NCBI GenBank assembly: GCA_951406725.2
Contig: OX597823.1
Span: 81,964,001-82,028,000 of the forward strand
Source: Octopus vulgaris
Lineage: Eukaryota
Direction of reading: 5' to 3'
Length of the DNA: 64,000 nt
Both the position numbers and the translations under genes were made by a program. Shown here in pieces: positions 1 through 9,513 of the stretch; positions within the stretch are counted from its first letter, which is position 1, and every line of letters begins with the position of its first letter. The notes under the pieces are model-generated. The model was not told the DNA's origin. It did no database searches and saw only the letters and a program-made list of their open reading frames with translations.

Positions 1-168
1 ACACACACACACACACACACACTTACATATGTACACATACAAATAGTTAAAAATAACCCAGCGCTTTTATAAAACAGTAATAATTTAAAACTTTTCCTAA
101 GTCAGAATTTAGAAACACACACTCACATACAAATACACACAAATAGTTAAATACAACGTAGTGTTTAC

Positions 169-180
169 ATAAAACAGTAA
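169..180 (+). promoter_or_regulatory. Upstream element ATAAAACAGTAA at -35..-24 of tRNA-Glu (also 1487-1498, 6224-6235, and 8609-8620 on minus)
   Basis: Same 12-mer at identical spacing before copies 1, 3 and 5, and with one mismatch before copy 2. The position matches the TFIIIB/TBP-binding zone of Pol III genes; function is inferred. Confidence 0.55.
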
Positions 181-203
181 TTGCAATACTGACGCTATGT
201 CTT

Positions 204-275
204 TCCCATGTGGTCTAGTGGTTAGGATTCCTGGCTTTCACCCAGGCGGCCCGGGTTCGATTCCCGGCATGGGAA
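204..275 (+). tRNA. trnE-UUC: tRNA-Glu(TTC), copy 1
   Basis: 72 nt TCCCATGTGGTCTAGTGGTTAGGATTCCTGGCTTTCACCCAGGCGGCCCGGGTTCGATTCCCGGCATGGGAA. Acceptor stem TCCCATG/CATGGGA, anticodon arm CCTGG-CT TTC AC-CCAGG, T-loop GTTCGATTC, oligo-T terminator about 10 nt downstream. Confidence 0.97.
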
Positions 276-1074
276 CGCGAACTTCTTTTTTTTAAAGTTA
301 GAATCTATTTGTTGTAATATTGAATATTACTGCTATTTATAACTATTTCAGTTATTCACCTTACAAATTGTGTTCGGGAACAGATTATGCTCGTATATAC
401 AGACTCCAGTGTATATAGAACTCCAAAGTACATCTGTTATCACTGCAAATGAATTCTGACAGACAACAATTATGCGTTCCTAGGGCGGGAACGTTATGAA
501 TAAATAAGGGGGTGGGGGATTGAAAGCTATTTTAAATACGGTAGGATACTATTATCAGAACTGTTGTCTGAACGAATTAAAAAAAAAAAAAAGAGAATCA
601 TTTCTGTTTAGTTACACTAATATTGAAAATTTTAAAATTTGGTGTATTGAGATGTAAATTTCCATGTTGAATCTCGGGAGATATTTCACTTTTATCAAAA
701 TAATGTTTTAAAAAGTCACATAATTTTTACCCTGTCAGAAAACAGGATTTGGAAGCTGTCATTTTGTGCGTGACAGCACATGTTGGTAACTGTAAACAAA
801 TGGAATACTAACGGTGTTCTGCTTTGTATACGCCATATAACATTTCATGAAAAAAAAAAGTTTATTTTTTAGAATTTTCTGAAAATTTTAGTGAATTTGT
901 ATTGCACGTACGGGATTTCGTACGACTGTGCAAAGGAGAAAAAAAGTAATGAATAAAAAATTGCAGTTCTTCTGAAAATTGTATTTGATTTAGCTTCTCC
1001 AGCGAAAGAAAGCTTTGAAAGGCTGTTCCGAGCCTGTACCAGTTTGTGTCTCACCTCCTTCATTGTCTTTGCCA

Positions 1075-1287
1075 TTGTCCTGATGTAGTACCAGGCAGTG
1101 GCTCACATGCCATCTGATCTTAACTGATTGGAAGTGTTACCATGTATATTGCTGTGTCTTGGTATAAAAGATGGGCTACAGCAAATATTCTGCTCAGTAC
1201 CACACATTTGCTGATCATTTGCTTGACCTTAATCACTTGAACATGTCTCTTAGTGGCTGACGATATGAGCATCTCTGATCACGAGCA

Positions 1288-1289
<2 letters not shown>
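1075..1289. repeat. Interspersed repeat fragment, homologous to about 4393-4606
   Basis: Shared ctgatcttaactgattggaagtgtta...ggtataaaagatgggctacagc...tctctgatcacgagcaga. Confidence 0.8.
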
Positions 1290-1342
<53 letters not shown>

Positions 1343-1521
1343 ACATATGTACACACACAAATAGTTAAAAATAACCCAGCGCTTTTATAAAACAGTAATA
1401 ATTTAAAACTTTTCCTAAGTCAGAATTTAGAAACACACACTCACATACAAACACACACAAATAGTTAAATACAACGTAGTGTTTACATAAACCAGTAATT
1501 GCAATACTGCCGCTATGTCTT

Positions 1522-1593
1522 TCCCATGTGGTCTAGTGGTTAGGATTCCTGGCTTTCACCCAGGCGGCCCGGGTTCGATTCCCGGCATGGGAA
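1522..1593 (+). tRNA. trnE-UUC: tRNA-Glu(TTC), copy 2
   Basis: Identical to copy 1; T4 run 8 nt downstream. Confidence 0.97.
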
Positions 1594-1850
1594 CGCAAGC
1601 ATTTTGCTTTAGTTAGAATCTATTTGTTGATAACCTCTAGTTTTAAATCATTTATACTTTTCATTTCTGTTCTTTCTGCTGGATGGTCTTCATTTTAGAA
1701 ATGCTTTGGCAGGTCTAACGAAGTACTAAAACTTTATACATTTATGTGTATGTACGCATGCCTAGACACACTCATACGCACACACACACGCACACACACA
1801 AACGCGTCAGTTTTAAATAAAACAGTAACTGTTACTATAAATATCTTGTC

Positions 1851-1889
1851 TTCACACAGGCGGACCGTGTTTGAGTAGCGGCGTGGGAG
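1851..1889 (+). pseudogene. 3' half remnant of tRNA-Glu
   Basis: ttcacacaggcggaccgtgtttgagtagcggcgtgggag vs ttcacccaggcggcccgggttcgattcccggcatgggaa; preceded by the cluster's ATAAAACAGTAA motif. Confidence 0.6.
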
Positions 1890-1983
1890 TGCATATCTTT
1901 TCTGTGATGGAATTTAACTGTAGCTAAATTGAAGGGATCTTTTCCGTTGCTATCACTGTTTGTAAAATGTTAAAATTAAGTGA

Positions 1984-3200
1984 AACGGAGTGTTAGGTAA
2001 CAATCCGATTATCTAACCCTACGAGAATTTCCTTAAGCTTAGCACCCAAGTAAAAAAAAAAGTGGGTATGTCTACATCTAAGGCAGAATGCTCACGTAGG
2101 GGTGATACAACATGTCCACTGAACGGCCACTGTAACTCGAAGACCGTCGTATACGAGGCAGAGGTAAGAGCCGTAGACCCAAATGGGCAACGAAACGTGC
2201 AAAACACGTGGGAGCAACAGAAGGCCACTTTAAAACCCGCTATAACAACCTCAAGTCCTCCTTTAACATCTCAGAGAGACGTAACGCCACGACCCTTTTC
2301 AAGCACATTTGGTCTTTGAAAGAAAGCGCCAATAGGTACAGCTTAAAGTAGAAGATTCTAGAGAAATGTAATCCATACGTCAATAGCAGCAGGAAGTGCA
2401 GATTATGACTGGTTGTGAAAAGAGCGATTTTAAAGAGCACCCAGCACTTGATTAGCAGAAGTGAAATTTTTAATCCTTGCCTACATGAAAGGAAGTATAT
2501 CCTATCATACTGTATCAGTCATGGCTACAATCCCCAATCCTCCACCTGAAGTCCGGCAAACAGGTTAACCAGAGCATACACAAAATGCGCCCACAAGCAA
2601 ACATGCACACCCCAACACGGCGGGCACCAACCCAATATAAACTCCCACACACTGCATGTACACATAAAGGCCTCACGAATTTAACCAATATATAAAAGAA
2701 AGAAAACACAATAACGAACACAGATGTGTATGCCCACACCACGTGCAAAGATTATACATATACTACACGAATTCCATTTCCACACGAACACCAACCTTAG
2801 AGACGCACACATTTCCCACAAACAGTTCTACAAGAGATTCTTACCGACTTGCAGCATAACCGCCCGTGGCGATGTTTCGGTACCAAGGGACATAACTCTT
2901 AATTTTATCCCCTATTCGTTTCGTTTCATCAGCTATTTCACAGCAACTGCAACCCGGATGTGTCTATGCATCTCCAATAATAGAGAACAGTCCCATATTT
3001 CATTCCATGTCGGCTACCTCTGATGAGAGTAGGGTTACATAATCGGATTGCTACCTAACACTCCGTTGAATCCCTAGCGCGAAACCGATTGGTAAGATCG
3101 GTCGTAATGAATATATAACACTGTACACTTCGGATAATATACCCACTCTATTGACAGATATACGACTGCATCTTTTCCTGACTTATGGACTCTTGAAAGA
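1984..3200 (+). mobile_element. 5'-truncated Penelope-like element: GIY-YIG endonuclease remnant plus 3' region with hammerhead motif
   Basis: Frameshifted reading CPLNGHCNSKTVVYEAEV..VGATEGHFKTRYNNLKSSF..TTLFKHIWSLK..KILEKCNPY..KCRL..RSEIFNPCLHERKY (about 2080-2510) matches the PLE GIY-YIG endonuclease pattern. CTGATGA...CGAAAC at 3020-3085. Confidence 0.8.
3013..3110 (+). ncRNA. Type I hammerhead-like motif with extended stem II
   Basis: CTGATGA (3020-3026); stem II TAGGG/CCCTA around a ~35-nt insert; GAAA; stem III CCGAT(T)/(G)ATCGG; GTC site. Stem I pairs poorly, so it is probably decayed. Confidence 0.55.
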
Positions 3201-3201
3201 C

Positions 3202-3252
<51 letters not shown>

Positions 3253-3664
3253 TTTGCATGTGTGTGGGTGGGTTTTACCATGTTGCTTCTGTCGAGCCAT
3301 GGTTAAGTTTTTGAAAATATGATAAAAATATATGCTCGCTGCATGAAACGTGTCACCTAATTGTTTATAGACACTCTCTTAGACAGGTATATGCGTGCGT
3401 TGTCTGCACGTGTATCGTCGTTGAGATTTTAGCTCGTTAAGCTAATGGGCGCACCCTGTTATTTATATGCACGTGCAGTCTGCTCGTAGTTCAGTTCTAT
3501 ATTTAAGAGATGAAGAATTATGTACATTATTTACATTTTTTTACAATTGACGGATATTTGTCCTCATCTTGTTTGCTGTTAACGCAACGTTTCGGGCATA
3601 TGGCGTAGTGGTTAAGAGCGCGGGCTACTAATCCCAAGATTCCGAGTTCGATTCTAGGCAGTGA

Positions 3665-3742
<78 letters not shown>

Positions 3743-3800
3743 CAACAACAACATCGAAAAATACCTTAGGAATGAGAACTCATGTTCGAAATTTCCCCAA

Positions 3801-3846
3801 GACACCTAATGAAGGCTGGATGGTATATCAGCCGAAACGTTGTGTT
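3801..3846 (+). ncRNA. Minimal type I hammerhead motif, mutated core (CTAATGA)
   Basis: GACAC-CTAATGA-A-GGCTG..CAGCC-GAAA-CG-TT-GTGTT; G5A change relative to the 5344 copy. Confidence 0.55.
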
Positions 3847-3997
3847 AACAAAAAACAAGATGAGGACAAATGTCCTCATCTTGTTTGCTGTTAACGCAAC
3901 GTTTCGGGCATATGGCGTAGTGGCTAAGAGCGCGGGCTACTAAGCCCAAGATTCCGAGTTCGATTCCAGGCAGTGACCTGAATAATAATAATAATAA

Positions 3998-4214
3998 TCT
4001 GTTGTGTCTGGGGAGAGTCATTTTCTTTTTGAGCCTTATTATTTAACACACTCACATAGTTTTGACACTGATGAGAGTCAAAACTATTGGAAAGGTTGCA
4101 ACACGCAACGAATATTTTAGGAAAATAAAAATAAGAAATAACTGGAAATTTTGCCGGTGAGTGTGTTAAATAATAAGGCACAAAAAGAAAATGACTCTTC
4201 CCAGACACAACAGA
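3998..4214. repeat. Foldback: 58-bp inverted repeat (3998-4055 / 4157-4214) with inner 11-bp hairpin (4056-4087)
   Basis: The arms differ at 2 positions; inner hairpin ATAGTTTTGAC-actgatgaga-GTCAAAACTAT. Confidence 0.85.
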
Positions 4215-4277
4215 ATATGCTTCAACACACGAACTCATATAAAGAATCTTGCAAACCAAATCCAAAAACGAAAAATA

Positions 4278-4332
<55 letters not shown>

Positions 4333-4336
4333 TAAA

Positions 4337-4386
<50 letters not shown>

Positions 4387-4392
4387 TAATAA

Positions 4393-4947
4393 TGCCCTGA
4401 TGCAATACCAAGTAGTGGCTCTCATGGCTTCTGATCTTAACTGATTGGAAGTGTTATCATGTACATTGTTCTGTCTTGGTATAAAAGATGGGCTACAGCC
4501 AATATTCTACTGAATACCACAGATTTTCTTATCAATTGTTTGACCTTAACCTGTTGAGCATGTTCCTTAGTGGCTGACGATATGTACATCTCTGATCATG
4601 AGCAGAAGTAGTAGGGAAGCATCGTAGCCATGTTTTGAGAGGAATTCTTGGAGGTTTGGTTAATTCACATTTGGAAACATGGGTGGTTCGTTCAACATCC
4701 TTAAATAATCCTTATTCCGGGACCTTTTGAGAGGGATTGGCTACTCGACCAGAAGAAAATTCTAACTGGGCCCCACCTGCAAGGTCATGTGCTGTTTATC
4801 TTGATATGATATCACCATGTCGCGCACATATGGTTGTGATGCATGTGCCTGGTGTACTCTTATCAGACGGGTAGTCATGATGGGTATACTGGGCTTCGTA
4901 TATTTTATCCCAGTGTCACTTTGATGGTATGCACTGCTCTCTCACTC
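4393..4947. mobile_element. Unclassified interspersed element inserted in an (AAT)n tract
   Basis: Bounded by (AAT)n on both sides; partial second copy at 1075-1289. Class not determined. Confidence 0.6.
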
Positions 4948-5227
4948 AATAATAATGATAATAATAATAATGATGATGATAATAATGATTATAATGATGA
5001 TGATGATAATAATGATGATGATGATAATAATGATGATGATGATAATGATGATGATGATAATAATAATAATGATGATGATAATAATAATAATGATGATAAT
5101 AATAATAATGATGATGATAATAATAATAATGATGATAATAATAATAATGATGATAATAATAATAATGATGATGATAATAATAATAATGATAATAATAATA
5201 ATAATAATAATAATGATGATAATAATA

Positions 5228-5279
<52 letters not shown>

Positions 5280-5291
5280 CGACGACGACGA
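4948..5291. repeat. Compound (AAT)/(GAT)/(GAC) microsatellite
   Basis: Direct reading. Confidence 0.95.
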
Positions 5292-5343
5292 CAACTTCGA
5301 AAAATACCTTAGGAATGAGAACCTAGGTTCGAAATTTCCTCAA

Positions 5344-5389
5344 GACACCTGATGAAGGCTGGAGGATATATCAGCCGAAACGTTGTGTT
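5344..5389 (+). ncRNA. Minimal type I hammerhead ribozyme motif
   Basis: Stem I GACAC/GTGTT; core CTGATGA(+A); stem II GGCTG/CAGCC; GAAA; palindromic ACGT stem III; predicted GUU cleavage after 5384. Confidence 0.7.
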
Positions 5390-5526
5390 AACAACAAACA
5401 ACATGAGGACAAATATCCGTCAATTGTAAATAATGTAAATAATGTGCTCGTAGTTCGTTGATAAAATTTCAGTTCGGTATTCGAGCTTAACTTGTTTCAT
5501 AAAAACAGTTCTATATTCTTTTCCAT

Positions 5527-5951
5527 GGATCTTTTCGGTTTGAACGGCAGTTTTTTAAAAATAATTTCCACGTAACTAAACACTTTTAAACTTCGTATAC
5601 TGGTAGAATGTATTTATAAAGCATCTTTATCACTTGGCTTTACTGAGAAAATTCTATAGTTTGTAAGATATTTGCAGTTTTTTTTCTTCAATTTCTGCAA
5701 TTTCAACCAATCGATGACGTCTATTGAGGTGAAAAACATTCTGTACCGTATGAATATGTCCCTCGTTTAAGAAACAGATTGAGTTTATTTACATTTGTGA
5801 AGAAAAGAAAGATACCCTTCCCCCAACCCCACCCCTAACCCTAACCCTAAAACAGATTGAAATGCAATAGATTGATACTAGGGTCATAATTATGGGTGAC
5901 AATTTCATATGACACTGCTAGAAAAAACTGACGTTCAAACCGAAAAGATCC
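5527..5951. mobile_element. MITE with 30-bp TIRs and internal CCCTAA repeats
   Basis: GGATCTTTTCGGTTTGAACGGCAGTTTTTT / AAAAAACTGACGTTCAAACCGAAAAGATCC; imperfect flanks ttttccat/ttttcttt; related partial copy at 17890-18099. Confidence 0.85.
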
Positions 5952-6258
5952 TTTTCTTTTTCTGTTCGTTCAGAGAACCGTTCGTATGATAGTACCCTAC
6001 CATATATAAAATCCACCCCGCCCCCTTTTATTTATTCAGTCATTTGACCCCTTTGTTGTGGAAAGATCTCGAAATCAAAAAGTGGTTGCGACACGTAAAA
6101 TAAGGCCGTCACTTGAATAAAGTACTGAATTGCTTTGATTCGAAACTCTTCCTGAGTCACTATTCACACACATATACTTACATACGTACACACACAAATA
6201 ATTTAAAATAACGTAGCATTTTTATAAAACAGTAATTGCAATACTGCCGCTATGGCTT

Positions 6259-6330
6259 TCCCATGTGGTCTAGTGGTTAGGATTCCTGGCTTTCACCCAG
6301 GCGGCCCGGGTTCGATTCCCGGCATGGGAA
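6259..6330 (+). tRNA. trnE-UUC: tRNA-Glu(TTC), copy 3
   Basis: Identical to copy 1; long T run after CGCATGCC. Confidence 0.97.
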
Positions 6331-6507
6331 CGCATGCCTTTTTTTTTTTTTTAAGATTAGCACTATTTATATCTATTTCGATTACTTACGTAAGGAATTG
6401 CGTTCGGGAACAGATTATGCTCGTATATAAAGACTCCACTGTAAATGGGACTCCAAAGTACTTCTATCATTACTTATGAATTCTGACAGAAAACAATCAA
6501 TCATGCG

Positions 6508-6578
6508 TTCCAATGACGGGATCGAACTCTGGATGCCTGGGTGAAACCCAGTAATCTTAAATAATAGATCTCATGGTA
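6508..6578 (-). pseudogene. Decayed near-full-length tRNA-Glu pseudogene
   Basis: ttccaatgacgggatcgaactctggatgcctgggtgaaacccagtaatcttaaataatagatctcatggta aligns end to end with the minus-strand tRNA-Glu, with many stem-breaking changes. It has the same CATGCG trailer. Confidence 0.85.
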
Positions 6579-6774
6579 AAGCTGATAACAGCTTAAGGCG
6601 TCGCATTCATATATTTAAAAATGGTAAATTCCACGTGATTCTTAGATCTTTCGAAAACAAGCACTTAAAAGGAGTGAATAAAACTCGAATAAAGGCAGAT
6701 GTAGCACTAAAGTATTTAAATGACCTTATACATAAATTCCTTCGGAAAAAAAGCCCCCCCCCAAAAAAAATTAC

Positions 6775-7044
6775 TTGCCCAAGGTGTCACGCAGTGGGAC
6801 TGAACCCGGAACAATATGATCGACAATGTATGAATATAAAATATAGGGAATCCTGTAGCAGAAGCGAAAATGGAAGAATAACAAATTTAAAACCGGGAGT
6901 AAGTTATCCGTAACTCTAAAGATCTCACAAGAAATAAATTCTAAGGAAAAAAAAAAAAAAAAACATGCGTTCCCATGCCGGGAATCGAACCCGGGCCGCC
7001 TGGGTGAAAGCCAGGAATCCTAACCACTAGACCACATGGGAAAG
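6775..7044. repeat. Local duplication of the tRNA copy 4/5 block (6775-7044 vs about 8321-8588)
   Basis: Shared SINE fragment, atgtatgaatataaaatata...aaagatctcacaa..aataaattct, and the tRNA. Confidence 0.85.
6970..7041 (-). tRNA. trnE-UUC: tRNA-Glu(TTC), copy 4
   Basis: Exact reverse complement of copy 1; the A-run on + just before 6964 is its terminator. Confidence 0.97.
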
Positions 7045-7149
7045 CTGCCGTATATGTGTTATAATTAGTTTACATTAAAAATGTTGTTTTATTTCTGTTT
7101 GTGGGTGTCTGGGAATGTATGTCTCTTTGTTTTATGTTTTATGTTTTAT

Positions 7150-7590
7150 TTGTTTTAGTCTTTGCCCTGCCTCCATGAGGGGGGCCCCTCTTTGAAGGGT
7201 TTAGTCTACCAAGGCAATCCTAGAATTTATTTCAAAGCCTGTTACTTATTTTGTCAGTCAGTTGTGTCAGTCTTTTCGCCGAATACTAAAGTTATGGGGA
7301 GGTAAACAAACCGATGCAAGTTCTCGATCGGAGCTGGGGACAGCCACATACACAAAGACATATACATGCTTATCCATCATTCCATCCATCCATCCATCCA
7401 TCCATCCATCCATTCATCCATCCATCCATACGACGGACTTCTTTCAGTCTTCGCCTAACAAGTCCATTCACAGGGCTTTGGTTGGTCCGGGCCTATAGTA
7501 GAAGACACTTACCCAGTGTGCCACACAATGAGAATGAACTCGTGACCATGAGCTTGGAAAGCAAACTTCTTACCACATAGCTAAGCCTCT
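7150..7590 (-). mobile_element. SINE family A, diverged copy with internal (CCAT)n
   Basis: acgacggacttctttcagt...ggctttggttggtccgggcctatagtagaagacactt matches the other family A copies. Confidence 0.75.
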
Positions 7591-7845
7591 ATATATCAGT
7601 AATAGTTCTTTAGACCTGGAAAGCGACATTATTTAAGGAGGCGCATCCCATTTTTTATTAATGGTATATCCGACGTGATTTTCGAATTTCTCCAGAATAA
7701 AACGAACCGAACCGAGAAACTTAATTAAATTCTATGTGATACATGAATTAAATTCTATGTGACACTTAAGTGCTTCAGTTTCATTACAGATACATTCTGA
7801 TAGGAAAGATGACAACAAAAAAAAAGAAAGAAAAGGGGAGGGGGC

Positions 7846-7880
7846 GCTACTCTACCGGAATCGAACACGGTCCGTCTGTT
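7846..7880 (-). pseudogene. T-arm remnant of tRNA-Glu
   Basis: ccggaatcgaacacggtccgtctg vs cgggaatcgaacccgggccgcctg; a degenerate upstream motif (ttaccggtttat) follows at about 7903-7914. Confidence 0.5.
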
Positions 7881-8016
7881 TAAAAAAAAACCCATTGTAA
7901 CTGTTACCGGTTTATTTACAGTACTGCACCACTTTTTCCTTGCTCAGTGTGTGTATATGCGTATATATGGTTGCATGTATATACATATATAAAGTTTTAG
8001 TATTTCTCTTTACTTT

Positions 8017-8367
8017 CTCTCTTTTACTTGTTTCAGTCATTTGACAGTAGCCATGCTGGAGCACCGCCTTTAGTCGAGCAAATCGACCCCAGGACTTATT
8101 CTTTGTAAGCCTAGTACTTATTCTATCGGTCTCTTTGCCGAACCGCTAAGTTACGGGGACATAAACACACCAGCATCGGTTGTCAAGCGATGTTGGGGGG
8201 ACAAACACAGACACACGAACACACACACACACACATATATATACGACGGGCTTCTTTCAGTTTCCGTCTACCAAATCCACTCACAAGGCTTTGGTCGGCC
8301 CGAGGCTATAGTAGAAGACACTTGCCCAAGGTGTCACGCAGTGGGAATGAACCCGGAACCATATGTT
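8017..8367 (-). mobile_element. SINE family A (head truncated)
   Basis: High identity to the reverse complement of 21021-21428. Confidence 0.9.
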
Positions 8368-8513
8368 CGACAATGTATGAATATAAAATATAAAGAATCC
8401 TGTAGAAGAAACGAAAATTGAAGAATAGCAAATTTAAAACCAGGAGTAAGTTATACGTAATTCTAAAGATCTCACAAAAAATAAATTCTGGGGGGGAAAA
8501 AAAAAAACATGCG

Positions 8514-8585
8514 TTCCCATGCCGGGAATCGAACCCGGGCCGCCTGGGTGAAAGCCAGGAATCCTAACCACTAGACCACATGGGA
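8514..8585 (-). tRNA. trnE-UUC: tRNA-Glu(TTC), copy 5
   Basis: Exact reverse complement of copy 1; the A-run on + just before 8508 is its terminator. Confidence 0.97.
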
Positions 8586-9187
8586 AAGCCGAAAATCTAG
8601 TGTAACAGTTACTGTTTTATTAAAAGTGGTGCTTCATTTTTGCCTACTTGTAACTGCCGCTGATGATTATTACAACAATTGTATCCGCCTACATGAGTAG
8701 TTTCACTCCGTCCCTCCCTCATTCCTTATGACGTAGGTGAATGCTGGTTAACCTACCTAACAACTATCTTGTTCAGTACAGTTGTTAATACAAGTACACT
8801 CTATATTAGGTTATTCTGTCGAAAACTGTGTTTGCTACTGTTAAACTATTTAACTAATATTATCATATGTTGTCTCTTGTTTAATTAACTACGGTGTTGT
8901 TTAATTAATTACATGTCAGAGCTTTCAAATTCGTTGTTTATTTGTTTAGGTATAATATACCTTGGACTTCAATATTTGCTACGAGATTTAAAGTGTGATA
9001 TGGTCGTTATGTCTCGTACATCGAGCTAATTACATCCCTTGTTCATAATGCGGTAGTAACAGGTTAAGTTTTAGCAGGTAATATAAAATGATGCGTGTGT
9101 GTTAGGGTGAGTATGTTTGTGTGTATGGGTATGTTTGAAGGTTGCTGTGTATCCCGTGTATACATATATGCATACAACAAAGCGCGC

Positions 9188-9239
<52 letters not shown>

Positions 9240-9334
9240 GTCTGTCTCTCTCTATGTACACATCTCTATATATGCGTATATTATGCACGCACATTTATTT
9301 ATGTGTGTATATATGTGTGTACTTTTTATTTAAT

Positions 9335-9379
<45 letters not shown>

Positions 9380-9459
9380 ATATCTATCTATCTATCTATC
9401 TATCTATCTGTCAGTCAGGCAGTATGTCTGTCTATGAATGTGTTTACATACACACACAC

Positions 9460-9511
<52 letters not shown>

Positions 9512-9513
<2 letters not shown>

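Larger units (their letters stand above)
3493..5444 (+). mobile_element. Composite tRNA-headed, hammerhead-bearing non-autonomous retroelement (two units, PLE-style inverted ends)
   Basis: 12-bp direct repeat TGCTCGTAGTTC at 3481-3492 and 5445-5456. Inverted 3' segment 3493-3595. tRNA-like heads at about 3595-3668 and 3906-3980 (TGGCGTAGTGG A-box, GAGTTCGATTC B-box). (AAT)n spacers; shared body at 3752-3870 and about 5293-5445. Confidence 0.8.

Noticed and set aside
4843-5352. Asn/Asp-rich 169-aa ORF as a possible acidic biomineralisation protein
   Set aside because: It is an AAT/GAT microsatellite between two repeat elements.
6252-6479. 75-aa ORF
   Set aside because: It is an incidental reading through tRNA-Glu copy 3.
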